Part shown: positions 29,165-39,024 of the stretch, one piece after another
Layout: each line of letters starts with the position of its first letter
How positions within the stretch are numbered: position 1 is the stretch's first letter
Source: an uncultured Gemmatimonadales bacterium
GTDB lineage: Bacteria > Gemmatimonadota > Gemmatimonadetes > Longimicrobiales > RSA9
DNA: 64,000 nucleotides
Assembly (NCBI GenBank): GCA_963741945.1
Contig: CAVUKA010000003.1
Span: forward strand, 755,998 to 819,997
Direction of reading: 5' to 3'
Notes under the pieces: model-generated
Databases searched by the model: none
Told to the model about the DNA's origin: nothing
The model's input: the letters and a program-made list of their open reading frames with translations, nothing else
Position numbers and translations under genes: made by a program

Positions 29165-29932
29165 TTACATGCCGGAGTCCGGCGACATCCCGGACGTGCC
29201 CGTGGCGCCCATGCCCTGCAGCGCCTGCTGCAGCGGGTGCTGGTGCGTGCTCGTGACCTGGCCACTCAGGATCTGCTGAGCCGTGACCTGCTGGCCGTAG
29301 TAGTTCTGGTTCCGCTCGTCGTCGAAGTTGATGTCCGTGGCGCCGAGCGAGACGCCCGCGAACGCGCCTTCCGTGTTCGACCACAGCACGACGTCGCCCT
29401 TGCCGACGTCACCCTGCGAGCGGGCGTTGTAGTCCACCAGCGTGAAGCCCGAGTTCGCGTTCAGGGAGAAGGTCACGTCGCCCTTGAACTCGTTCACTGA
29501 CTTGTCCGTCATCAGCAGCATGGCGATCTCGCCGCCGGTGCCGCCGATCTGAGCGCCGACGCTGACCCCACCGATGTCGTAGAAGGCCGGGTTGCTCCAC
29601 TGCCCGTTCTCGTGCGCCATCAGCACGCCCTGACCACCCTTCGCGCCCACCACCACGGCGCCCTTGCCGTAGTCCGGCACGATGAACACACCCTTCGCCT
29701 GGTCGAGCAGATTCATGAGCTCCGGGTCCGAGCGCATGTTCTGGACCGTGGTTGCTGCGTTGTTCAGCAGGTCCATGGCCTCCGGTGCAGCATTCGCCGT
29801 CGTCGCCGCGCCCGGCTGCTCGCTGGCCGCCGGTGTCTGCTGCGTATCGGCGTAGTCGTTGTTGTCTCCGCCGCCGCAGGCGCCGAGCGCAACCACACAC
29901 GCGGCTAGCGCCGGAATTCCGATCCGCTTCAT
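29165..29932 (-). CDS. SYLF/Ysc84 lipid-binding domain lipoprotein
   Basis: Lipobox LGAC; AKGVFIVP..KGAVVVG..GG.GV, WSNPAF, SVGAQIG, GAFAGVSL. Confidence 0.88.
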   Translation of the reverse strand: MKRIGIPALAACVVALGACGGGDNNDYADTQQTPAASEQPGAATTANAAPEAMDLLNNAATTVQNMRSDPELMNLLDQAKGVFIVPDYGKGAVVVGAKGGQGVLMAHENGQWSNPAFYDIGGVSVGAQIGGTGGEIAMLLMTDKSVNEFKGDVTFSLNANSGFTLVDYNARSQGDVGKGDVVLWSNTEGAFAGVSLGATDINFDDERNQNYYGQQVTAQQILSGQVTSTHQHPLQQALQGMGATGTSGMSPDSGM

Positions 29933-29984
29933 CGTCAATCCTCCTATTGGAGAGGCGTTCCGTCTTCGATTCGGCCACTCAACA

Positions 29985-30000
29985 TGCAGCGTGTGTGCCA
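29985..30000 (-). promoter_or_regulatory. Sigma54 (-24/-12) promoter candidate for the SYLF gene
   Basis: Minus strand TGGCACACACGCTGCA (GG-N10-GC), 52 bp upstream of the ATG. Confidence 0.6.
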
Positions 30001-30036
30001 CCGGAACCGGAACCGCCCCCACAGCACGTCGACGCG

Positions 30037-31029
30037 TCAGGATCCTCCCCCCGTCGTCGCGGCCCCTGTCGCCACCGGCAGATCCGCGTGCCGACTCCAG
30101 TCCAGGAAAGAGCCGTCGTACAGACGCGTCGTGTAGCCCAGGTAGCGCGCCACGTAGTAGAGGAAGCTCGCCTCCATCCCCGTCCGGCAGTACGTGACCA
30201 CCGTATCCCCGGGCGCCGCGCCCGCCTCCCTGAACAGACCGCGCAGCGTGTCCGTGTCCTTCAGACGCGGCCGGTCCAGCGACACGATCGTGTGGTGCCA
30301 GTCCAGGTCGTGCGCACCGGGTATGTGCCCGGGCCGCGGCACTCCCTCACCCGCCACCTTTCCGCTGAACTCGTCCTCCGCACGCGCGTCCAGCAGCACC
30401 ACGCCCGGGTGCGTCCGGTGAGCCTCCACCCACGCGGCGTCCACCACCCGCTCCGGGTGCGCCCGATCCCCGAGCGCCTCCGGCGACGCTGCCGGCGATG
30501 GTCCCGGTGATGCTCCCGGCGACGCTCCGGGCGACGCTGCCACCGGCTCGCCCGGCCCTGCCGCCGACGCCGGGGCCGACGCCAGCTCACCGCTCAAGGG
30601 ATACCCATCGGCGCGCCACACCTTTTCCCCACCGTCCAGCGCCGCCGTCCGGTCGCCGAGTCCGAGAACGTCCAGCGCCACGAACGCGCGCGCCGCCGAG
30701 AGCGGAGCGCCATACACCACCACCCGTGTCGAGGCCGTCACGCCGAGGCCACCGAACACCGAAGCCAGCTCCGGCACCGATGGCACCTGGTTCGGGATCC
30801 CCTCCCGGGTCACCGCGACACGCTTCACATCCAGAAACCGCGCGCCTGCTATGTGCTCCGTGGCGTAGCTCGCGCTGTCCGTCCCCACGTGCAGCACCAC
30901 GACGCCCGGATCCTGCCCGTGCTGCGCCAGCCAGCTCGGCGACACCGAGATCTCCTGATCGACCCCGCCTCCACCGCAGGCGCCCGCCAGCACTGTCAGC
31001 GCCGCCAGGCGCACCAACACCGATCTCAT
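30037..31029 (-). CDS. Tandem-rhodanese sulfurtransferase lipoprotein
   Basis: HIAGA, LDGG, LLDAR, GHIPGA, active-site YCRTG, LYDGSFLDW; lipobox AGAC. Confidence 0.88.
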   Translation of the reverse strand: MRSVLVRLAALTVLAGACGGGGVDQEISVSPSWLAQHGQDPGVVVLHVGTDSASYATEHIAGARFLDVKRVAVTREGIPNQVPSVPELASVFGGLGVTASTRVVVYGAPLSAARAFVALDVLGLGDRTAALDGGEKVWRADGYPLSGELASAPASAAGPGEPVAASPGASPGASPGPSPAASPEALGDRAHPERVVDAAWVEAHRTHPGVVLLDARAEDEFSGKVAGEGVPRPGHIPGAHDLDWHHTIVSLDRPRLKDTDTLRGLFREAGAAPGDTVVTYCRTGMEASFLYYVARYLGYTTRLYDGSFLDWSRHADLPVATGAATTGGGS

Positions 31030-31437
31030 GCCCCTCCCCCACGAATGCCGCGCTCGGGACCCATCCGTCAGACGGACACCCCGCGTCCGCCAGCCGGACG
31101 CCCCGCACGATCCAAGCCTGGAGCTGCGAAGCCCCGAGCTCCCGGGGGGGCGCTGGCTCCGGGCGGTGCTGGCGCCATCCCGCTCCGCGATCTATCTCCA
31201 GCTGGAGAGATCCACGGGCGGCGTCGCCCCCCGTCAGTGGCCGCCGGTCCGGGTGATGCATCACCGGCGCCGGGAACCGGATCTCTCCACCTGGAGAGAC
31301 TTCCGGCGAAGCGGCAGAGGCGCGGGCGGGCCGAGGGGGACCCGTCCCGGGGTTGGAGGGTTCAAGTGACCGGCGGGTCATTTATGAGGACCGGGACGGG
31401 CTGACGTGGACGACGGCGCGCGGAAAACGGAGACGGG

Positions 31438-32691
31438 ATGGGACGGCGGGTGCGGGGCGAGGGGACGGGAGGACGGCGGGTGAACCGGCTGGCGGACGCG
31501 CTGGGCGCGAACCGGGTCGTCGTCGCCCTGACCACGGCGCGGCTGGCGGACGCGCTGGGGAACAGCATCCTGTTCGTGCTGCTGCCGCTGTACGTGACGC
31601 GTGTGGCGCGCGGATCCGGAGTGCCGACGGAGATCGTGGTGGGGGTGCTGATCTCGGTCTACGGCTTCGTGAACGCGGGGATCCAGCCGTTCACGGGGGC
31701 GTGGGCGGACCGGCTGTATCGCCGCAAGCCGCTGATCGTGGGCGGCCTGTTGATCATGGCCGCGGCCACACTGTCGTTCGTGTGGACGAAGACCATCCCG
31801 GGTCTGTTCGCCATCCGGCTGTTCCAGGGTGTGGGTGTGGCCATGACGGTGCCCACGTCGATGGCGCTGATGGCCACGGCCACGGAGCACGGAACGCGGG
31901 GCGGGTCCATGGGGATCTACACCACGGGCCGGATGATCGGCCTGGCGGCAGGCCCGCTGCTCGGCGGCTATCTGTACGACCGCGTGGGGTTCGAGCCCAG
32001 CTTCTACCTGGCGGCGGCGCTGCTGGTTCTCGGCGCGCTCCTGGTCTGGCTGTGGGTGGACGAAGTCCCGGCGAAGGTGGACACGAGCCCAGGCGCGCGT
32101 TTCCGGCTGATCGATCGATCACTGCTGTCCCCGGGGATCCTGGGGGTGGCCCTGGCCACGTTCGTGATGGCCACGGCGTTCACCATGATGGCGACACTGG
32201 AGCCCGAGTTCATCCGGCGCCTTCACGGCACGGCGTTCGGCTTCGGCGTTGCGTTCAGCGCGCTGATGGCCACGCGCCTGGTGCTGCAGGTTCCGCTCGG
32301 GTCGCTGTCGGACAGGATCGGGCGCAAGCCGCTCATCACGGGCGGCCTGATCCTCATGGCCCCGGCGACGGCGCTCCTCGGGATCTCGGGCTCGATGTTC
32401 CAGCTGTCGGCCTACCGCGTGCTTCAGGGAGCGGCGTCGGCCGCGATCGCGGCACCGGCCTTCGCGCTGGCGGCGGACCTGACCACGGCGGGCGGGGAAG
32501 GCCGCCAGATGAGCATGGTGACAGTGGGCTTCGGCCTCGGCCTGGCCACGGGGCCGCTCCTGGCGGGGCTGCTCGGCGCCCTCTCCTTCGAGCTACCTTT
32601 CCTGGTGGGCGGTGTCCTCTCGCTCGCCGGGGCGTGGGTCGTCCAGCGCTGGGTCCCGGAAACCGTGGTGCGGCGGGGCACGGAAGCCTGA
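31438..32691 (+). CDS. MFS transporter
   Basis: About 12 TM segments; motif A GAWADRLYRRK and GSLSDRIGRK. Confidence 0.9.
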   Translation: MGRRVRGEGTGGRRVNRLADALGANRVVVALTTARLADALGNSILFVLLPLYVTRVARGSGVPTEIVVGVLISVYGFVNAGIQPFTGAWADRLYRRKPLIVGGLLIMAAATLSFVWTKTIPGLFAIRLFQGVGVAMTVPTSMALMATATEHGTRGGSMGIYTTGRMIGLAAGPLLGGYLYDRVGFEPSFYLAAALLVLGALLVWLWVDEVPAKVDTSPGARFRLIDRSLLSPGILGVALATFVMATAFTMMATLEPEFIRRLHGTAFGFGVAFSALMATRLVLQVPLGSLSDRIGRKPLITGGLILMAPATALLGISGSMFQLSAYRVLQGAASAAIAAPAFALAADLTTAGGEGRQMSMVTVGFGLGLATGPLLAGLLGALSFELPFLVGGVLSLAGAWVVQRWVPETVVRRGTEA

Positions 32692-32715
32692 GCGGGCCCG
32701 CCGCCGGGTTGGAGC

Positions 32716-33902
32716 TCAGTCCTCGGGGGCGGGGAGGCGGAGGGCGAACGTGGCGCCGGGGTCTCCGTCCTGATCGACGAACACCTCGCCGCCCATCAGG
32801 TTCGTGACGGCGCGGGCAAGGGCGAGGCCCAGTCCGAAGCCGGAGCCCGTGTCTCCGAGCCGGCGGTACGGCTGGAAGATGTCTTCGGAGTCTTTCGGCT
32901 CGATGCCGGGCCCGTCGTCGCTCACGCGGAGCGTCACGCGACCGGGAGACCCTCCCTCCCGCTCCGCCTGCACGCGAATGGTGCTGTGCGCCGGTGAGAA
33001 TTTGATCCCGTTCTCCAGCAGCTGAACGAGCACTTGCCGCAGGCGGTGCTCGTCCGCCAGGACGTCGAGGTCGTCCGGCACGTCGACTTCCACCGTGATG
33101 GCCGCGTCCGCGGTGGGGAACGCCACCACCTCCAGGCTGGCATCGACCACGCGGCGCAGGCGGACGCGGCGGAGTTCGACGGATAGTCGGCCTGCGCTGG
33201 CGAGGCTCATCTCGAGCGCGTTGCTCACCAGCGCTTCCAGGTGACCGACCAGCATGTCGAGCCGGTCCACCGCCGTTCCCTGCGCTTCCGACATCTCGCC
33301 GTACACCCCGTCGCGCAGGAGATGGAGGTAGCCGCGCATCGAGTTCAGCGGTGAGCGGAGGTCGTGCCCCACCGTCCGAAGCGCGTCCTCCCGGCTAGAG
33401 CCCTGCCGCTCCAGCTCCTCCATTCGCCGGACCATGCCGGCGGCGGCCTGCTCCCGCCGCTCCCCTTCCAGGGCGACGGAAGCCTGGTCCGCCAGGGCGG
33501 ACAGCAGCCACTCGTCACGGGACTCCACCGACCGCCCTTCCGGGAGGAGCACGGCGAGCAGCCCCGTCACCGCGCTCCTCACCACCAGCGGGACGCCCAG
33601 AAACCGCTCGATGGCCCCATCGTCGAAGACGGAGCTGAGCCGGGCGACGACGGTCTCGTCGAGCGGCTCGCGGAACCGCTCCACCACGTCCGGCTCGATG
33701 CCGCGCGCGGCACGGATATGGAGGAGGCCATCGTCGTCCGGAAGCATGAGCACGACTCGCGGCGCCCCAGGAGCGTCTGCGCCGTCTCCACGGTGATGTC
33801 CAGGACTTCGTCCAGCGAGGCCGCATACGTGAGCGCGCGGCTCACCGCCGTGAGGCGCTCCAGCGCCGCGGCGGTCCCGGGGTCGGGATCTCGCCCGCTC
33901 AC
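32716..33902 (-). CDS. GAF-domain sensor histidine kinase, frameshift ~33765
   Basis: GAF (LDEVL..TVE, FLGVPL), H-box HDLRSPL, LLENGIKFS, DDGPGI, GFGLGL; as assembled its N-terminus is in frame with the KaiC-like ORF. Confidence 0.82.
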
Positions 33903-35336
33903 GGCCGCTGCACCGCCCGGGCGCTCGTCGTCTTCCACACGGATCCCGCCCGGCCCGATCGTGAACCGGTGGGAGGCCAGGGAGTGGTCGCTTCCGCGGG
34001 CTTTCACGATCCGCAGCCGCCGCTCCGGCGGCTCGGCGGTCATGTCCGTGTGCAGCGAGATCAGGGAATCGGAGAGCGTGCTGAGACGCGCCTCCTGCGA
34101 GCCAATGCGCATCGACATGGGCGGACGAGTCGCCTCGAGCGTGAACACGCTGGTCACCCCCTCCACCGCCAGCCGCTGGACGATGGAGTAGAGGTAGTCG
34201 TGGAAACGCTCATCGCTGCCCGCGGCCAGCCGCAGGTCCCCCAGGGCGTCGACCACCAGGCGGCGGATCCCCCGCGCGCGGATGGCGGCGAAGAGCTCGA
34301 CCACCACCGAATCGATCCGCAGCTCCACCGGCGACTGGTACTGGAAGTGGAGCCCGCGCTCGCTGTACTCGTGCAGGTCCACGCCGAGCGCGCGCACGGT
34401 CCGTGCGAGCTGGGTCGGGTTCTCCTGGAGGTTCAGCACCAGCGCCGGCTCACCCTGCCGGACACCCTCGAGGGCGAAGCCCAGCCCGAACGTGGTCTTC
34501 CCCGCCCCCGCCTCGCCCAGCACCAGCGCCGCGCTCCCCCGCCACAGCCCGCCATCCAGGAGCGGATCCAGCCCGGCGATCCCCGAAGGAATGCGCTCGG
34601 GCTCCGCGCTGTACGGCGTCGGCTCGTGCGGCGTCACCAGGCGGGGGAAGACCTGGAGACCGTCCGGCGTGATGACGAACGCGTGCAGCCCCTCCTGGTA
34701 GCTGCTCCCCCGCAGCTTCAGCACCCTGAAGTAGCGCTCATCGTTCTTCGCCGAGCCCTGGCGCGCCAGCTGCACGATGCCGTCGGCCACCGCGAACTCC
34801 GGGTAGACCGGGACATCCTCGCTGGCGTACTCCCCCACCAGGAACGTCGTGATGTCGTAGCCCGACAGCACTCCGCCGAGCCGCGCCACGAGCCGCCGCA
34901 CTTCCACGGGCGATTCGGTCAGGTCGTGCAGCGCCTTGAACGAGTCCACCACCAGCATCTTCGGCCTCAGCTCGCGGATCAGCGACCCCACGTGCTCCAC
35001 CAGGAAGTCGATCCCCTTCCCGAGCAGCTCCTCGCTCACGTCCTGGTACACCACGGACCCGAGCATCTTCTCTTCATCGTAGAAACGGAACGTCTGGAGG
35101 TAGGTCAGGACTTTCGCCAGCGGCTCCGCCAGCGTGGTGATGTACACCACCGGACGATCACCGGTGGCGTTGTGGAACAACAGCTGCTCCGCCAGGATCG
35201 TCTTCCCGGCACCCGGCTGCCCCATGATGATGTTGATCGAGTGCGTCGGGAATCCGCCGCTCAGGATGGCATCCGTAGCCGCGTGCCCGGTGCCGATCCG
35301 CTCGAGCTCCAGCACGCCCCCGCCTCCGTCACCCAT
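33899..35336 (-). CDS. KaiC/RAD55-family double-domain ATPase
   Basis: Walker A GQPGAGKT and GEAGAGKT, Walker B LVVD twice, VLKLRG and IVKARG, LSTLSD; 3' end uncertain. Confidence 0.88.
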
Positions 35337-35740
35337 CGCTTCCTCGCTTCAGCGCAATCAGTTCCTGCACGGTCGACACGAGCGACTGCTCCGCGAGCGG
35401 CTTCCGCAGGAACGCGTCCGCCCCCGCCTCCTTCGCGCGTCCTCCCGCCGCCAGAATGCTGAAGATGAGCACCACCGTGCCGCTCAGCTCGGGCACCGCC
35501 TTGATTCGACGGCAGACCGAAAGACCGTCCAGCTTCGGCACCAGGATCTCCGTGATCACGAGATCCGGATGCTGCGAGTCGGACGAGCACGAGCGCCTCC
35601 TCGCCGTCCGTCGCGAACTCGACGGCAAACCCGGCGTCGCGGAGGAAGTAGCCTTCCAGCTCCCGTACTTGGGGATCGCGCTCCACTACGAGGATGACTG
35701 CGCTGCCATCCGCTTCGGTCCGCGGCTCAGGCTCCGAAAT
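35329..35740 (-). CDS. Single-domain atypical receiver protein, frameshift ~35590
   Basis: [13 protein letters not shown]...ATDGEEAL, then [19 protein letters not shown]...[10 protein letters not shown]; start uncertain. Confidence 0.75.
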
Positions 35741-35889
35741 GGCTCCGCTCCGGTCTGCGCTTTTCCCTGGCCCCCAAAGCCCACGAACGTCATGAATCTG
35801 TCCCGCGTTCCCGCACACCGCAAGCGGAAAATCTGCCGCGCCACATCCGGGTCGCCGCGGTCGTCGGAGCGGTCGGGTGCCGGGTTCAT
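35686..35889 (-). CDS. Small hypothetical protein heading the KaiC-like operon
   Basis: 67-aa ORF with non-random core [18 protein letters not shown]; 3' end uncertain. Confidence 0.4.
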   Translation of the reverse strand: MNPAPDRSDDRGDPDVARQIFRLRCAGTRDRFMTFVGFGGQGKAQTGAEPFRSLSRGPKRMAAQSSS

Positions 35890-35920
35890 CCGGCGGGCCT
35901 TCTCGCGTTAGTTTCGGCCC

Positions 35921-36821
35921 ATGCAGAGCACCAACGATCCGCCATCGCCGTCTTCGCGCTGCTCGACGCGCTGCGCAACCGCTCGGTGGTGGTGCTGGCG
36001 GGGGCCGGGTGCAGCACGGAATCCGGGATTCCCGATTATCGCGGCCCCGAGGGGAGCCTGCGCGAGCGGGCTCCGATCCAGTACCGTGAGTTCGTGCGGG
36101 ATACCACGACCCGGCAGCGGTACTGGGCGCGCAGCGCTGTGGGGTGGCCGCGCATGCGCTGCGGCGCGGCCCGAACCCGACGCACGTCGGGCTGGCGAGA
36201 CTGGAGTCCGGGGGCGTGGTGAGGGGCGTGATCACGCAGAACGTGGACGGTCTGCACCAGGCGGCGGGGAGCCGTCGCGTGGTGGAGCTTCACGGGTCGT
36301 TGGCCGCGGTGCGCTGCCTCACGTGCGGCGACGTGCTCGCGCGCCAGGCCTTCCAGGAGCGGCTGCTGGGGGAGAACGCGGTCTGGTTCGCCCGCCTGGC
36401 ACGGGAGCCGGGCTCCGGCGACGTCCGCTCCGCCCCGGATGGCGACGCCGAACTCGGCGCCGACCACGTGGCCCGCTTCCGGGTCCCCGGATGCGGCGAG
36501 TGCGGGGGCGTGCTGAAGCCCGACGTCGTCTTCTTCGGCGAGAACGTGCCCGCGGAGCGCGTGGAAGACGCGTGGCGGCTGTTCGGAGAAGCCGAGGTGC
36601 TGCTGGTGGTCGGGTCGTCCCTCACCGTATTCTCCGGCCGGCGATTCGTCTACCGCGCGCAGAAGCAGGGCATGCCGGTGGCGGTGGTGAACCTCGGGCC
36701 CACGCGCGCCGACCATGTGGCCGCTGTGAAAGTGGAGGGTCGAACGGGCGAGGTGCTCCCTCGCGTGGCATCGGCGCTGGCGCGCGGCGTCGCGGCCGGT
36801 CCGGCCCGCGAGGCGACGTGA
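35921..36821 (+). CDS. NAD-dependent protein deacylase (sirtuin, SIRT4-like), frameshifts ~35950 and ~36160
   Basis: [44 protein letters not shown], two Cxx[16 protein letters not shown]. Confidence 0.9.
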
Positions 36822-36865
36822 CGGTGGCCGGGGAATCTGAACAGGACAGGACGAAAGCGAACACG

Positions 36866-37845
36866 ATGACGCTCGAGGACCTGAACCGGCGGATCAACGC
36901 ATTCCGGGAGAGCCGCGCGCTGCTCACGGCCATTGAGCTGGACCTCTTCACGGCCGTGTCGCGGGGGCGCGGACGCCGGAGCGTGTGGCGTCCCGCCTCG
37001 ACACGGACCCGCGAGCCACGGAAGCCCTCCTCAACGCCCTCGTGGCCATCGGCGTGCTGGAGAAGCGCGACGGAACGTTCCAGAACACGGACCTCGCCGC
37101 CGAGCACCTGGCGGCTGGCGGCGAGCACGATTCGCGCGCGGCGATCATGCACACGGTCCACCTCTGGCCTCGCTGGTCCACGTTGACCGACTGCGTGCGC
37201 GAGGGCACGTCCGTGATGCGCCGCGCCCGCGCCCGGGACGACGACTGGACGGAAGCCTTCATCGCGGCCATGCACCGCAATGCGGCCGATCGGGCGCCGC
37301 GCGTGGTGGAGGCCATCGGCGTCGACGGCGTCCGGCGGGTGCTGGACGTGGGTGGCGGCTCCGGCGCCTACTCCATTGCGTTCGCCCGGGCCGAGCCGGC
37401 GCTCGAGGTGGACATCCTGGACGTCCCCGACGTGGTCCCCATCGCGCAGCGCCACATCCAGGAGGCGGGGGTCACGGACCGCGTTCGCCCCCGCGCCGGC
37501 GACTTCCGCACCGACGACCTGGGCCACGGCGACTACGACCTGGTCTTCCTTTCCGCCATCTGCCACATGAACGGCCCGGAGGAGAACCGGCGTCTGCTCG
37601 AGAAAGCGTTCGGCGCCCTGGCGCCGGCGGGCCGCATCGTCATCCAGGACTTCATCCTCGACGCGGACAAGACCGCGCCCGCCATGGGCGCCCTCTTCGC
37701 CCTCAACATGCTCGTGGGCACGCGCGCCGGGAGTTCCTACAGCGAGCCGGAGTACGCCGACTGGCTTCGCGACGCCGGCTTCGACGACGTGCGCCGCCTT
37801 CCGCTCCCGGGCTCCACGGACCTGATGGTCGGCCGACGTCCCTGA
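36866..37845 (+). CDS. SAM-dependent O-methyltransferase family, frameshift ~36965
   Basis: Dimerisation domain SRALLTAIELDLF; VLDVGGGSG, AGDF, LSAICH, LNMLV. Confidence 0.85.
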
Positions 37846-37887
37846 GCCGCCTGGCTCCCTCCCCGGCCGCCGCCCATATTCCGCGCC

Positions 37888-39012
37888 ATGGCCAGTGTAC
37901 AGCTCAGGGATGTCCGCAAGGTATACGGCGGACCGAACGGCCAGGTGGCCGTGGCGGGCGCCACGTTCGAAGTGGCGGACGGCGAGCTCGTGGTCCTGGT
38001 AGGCCCATCCGGCTGCGGCAAGAGCACCACGCTCCGCCTCATCGCCGGGCTGGAGGCGGCCACGTCCGGCGAGATCCGGATCGGCGGCCACGTGGTGAAC
38101 GATGTCCCGCCGCAGCGCCGGGACATCGCCATGGTCTTCCAGAGCTACGCACTCTACCCGCACATGTCCGTGCGGCAGAACCTGGCATTCGGGCTCAAGC
38201 TGCGGAAGACGCCGAAGTCCGAGATCACCGACCGGGTGGGGCGCGCGGCCGCGGTCCTCGACATCGGCGGCATCCTGGACCGGCGCCCCGCGCAGCTCTC
38301 GGGCGGCCAGCGCCAGCGCGTAGCCCTCGGCCGCGCCATGGTGCGGGACCCGCAGGTGTTCCTCTTCGACGAGCCGCTGTCGAACCTCGATGCCAAGCTC
38401 CGGGTCCAGATGCGCGCCGAGCTGGCCGCGCTCCACCGGCGCCTGGGCGCCACCATGATCTACGTCACCCACGATCAGGTCGAGGCCATGACGCTCGGTG
38501 ACCGCATCGTGGTGCTGAGCGATGGCGTGATCCAGCAGATCGACACCCCCCTCGCCCTCTACCACCACCCCGCCAACCGCTTCGTGGCCGGCTTCCTCGG
38601 CAGCCCGGCCATGAACTTCGTCGAGGGCCGGATCGCGGGCGACGATGGGCTCCACTTCGTCGCCGACGACGACGCGTTCGTCCTCCCGCTGCCTCCCGCG
38701 TCCCGCGACGCGCTGATCGGCTACACCGGGCGGCGGGTCACCCTGGGCGTGCGGCCCGAGACCGTGGACGTGCGGGCGACCGGCGAGCCCGGGATCCCCG
38801 TTCTGCTCGCCGCCGTCGAGCCGCTCGGGAACGAGGTGTTCGTGCACGCGGATGCCCGCGGGCACCGGATCACGGCCCGCGTCTCACCGCGCGAGCTGCC
38901 GTCTCCCGGCGAGCCCGCAACGCTGGCGCTGGACGCCGCCGGACTCCATTTCTTCGACGACGAGACCGGCGAAGCCCTGTGCCGCGAGCCCGGCGCAGAC
39001 CCCGTCGCCTGA
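37888..39012 (+). CDS. MalK/UgpC-type sugar ABC transporter ATPase
   Basis: GPSGCGKST, MVFQSYALYPHM, LSGGQRQR, DEPLSNLDA, VTHDQ. Confidence 0.93.
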   Translation: MASVQLRDVRKVYGGPNGQVAVAGATFEVADGELVVLVGPSGCGKSTTLRLIAGLEAATSGEIRIGGHVVNDVPPQRRDIAMVFQSYALYPHMSVRQNLAFGLKLRKTPKSEITDRVGRAAAVLDIGGILDRRPAQLSGGQRQRVALGRAMVRDPQVFLFDEPLSNLDAKLRVQMRAELAALHRRLGATMIYVTHDQVEAMTLGDRIVVLSDGVIQQIDTPLALYHHPANRFVAGFLGSPAMNFVEGRIAGDDGLHFVADDDAFVLPLPPASRDALIGYTGRRVTLGVRPETVDVRATGEPGIPVLLAAVEPLGNEVFVHADARGHRITARVSPRELPSPGEPATLALDAAGLHFFDDETGEALCREPGADPVA

Positions 39013-39024
39013 CCACCCCCCCGC

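Noticed and set aside
33899-35336. Bona fide circadian clock kaiC
   Set aside because: No kaiA or kaiB nearby and no recognisable KaiA-binding C-terminal tail
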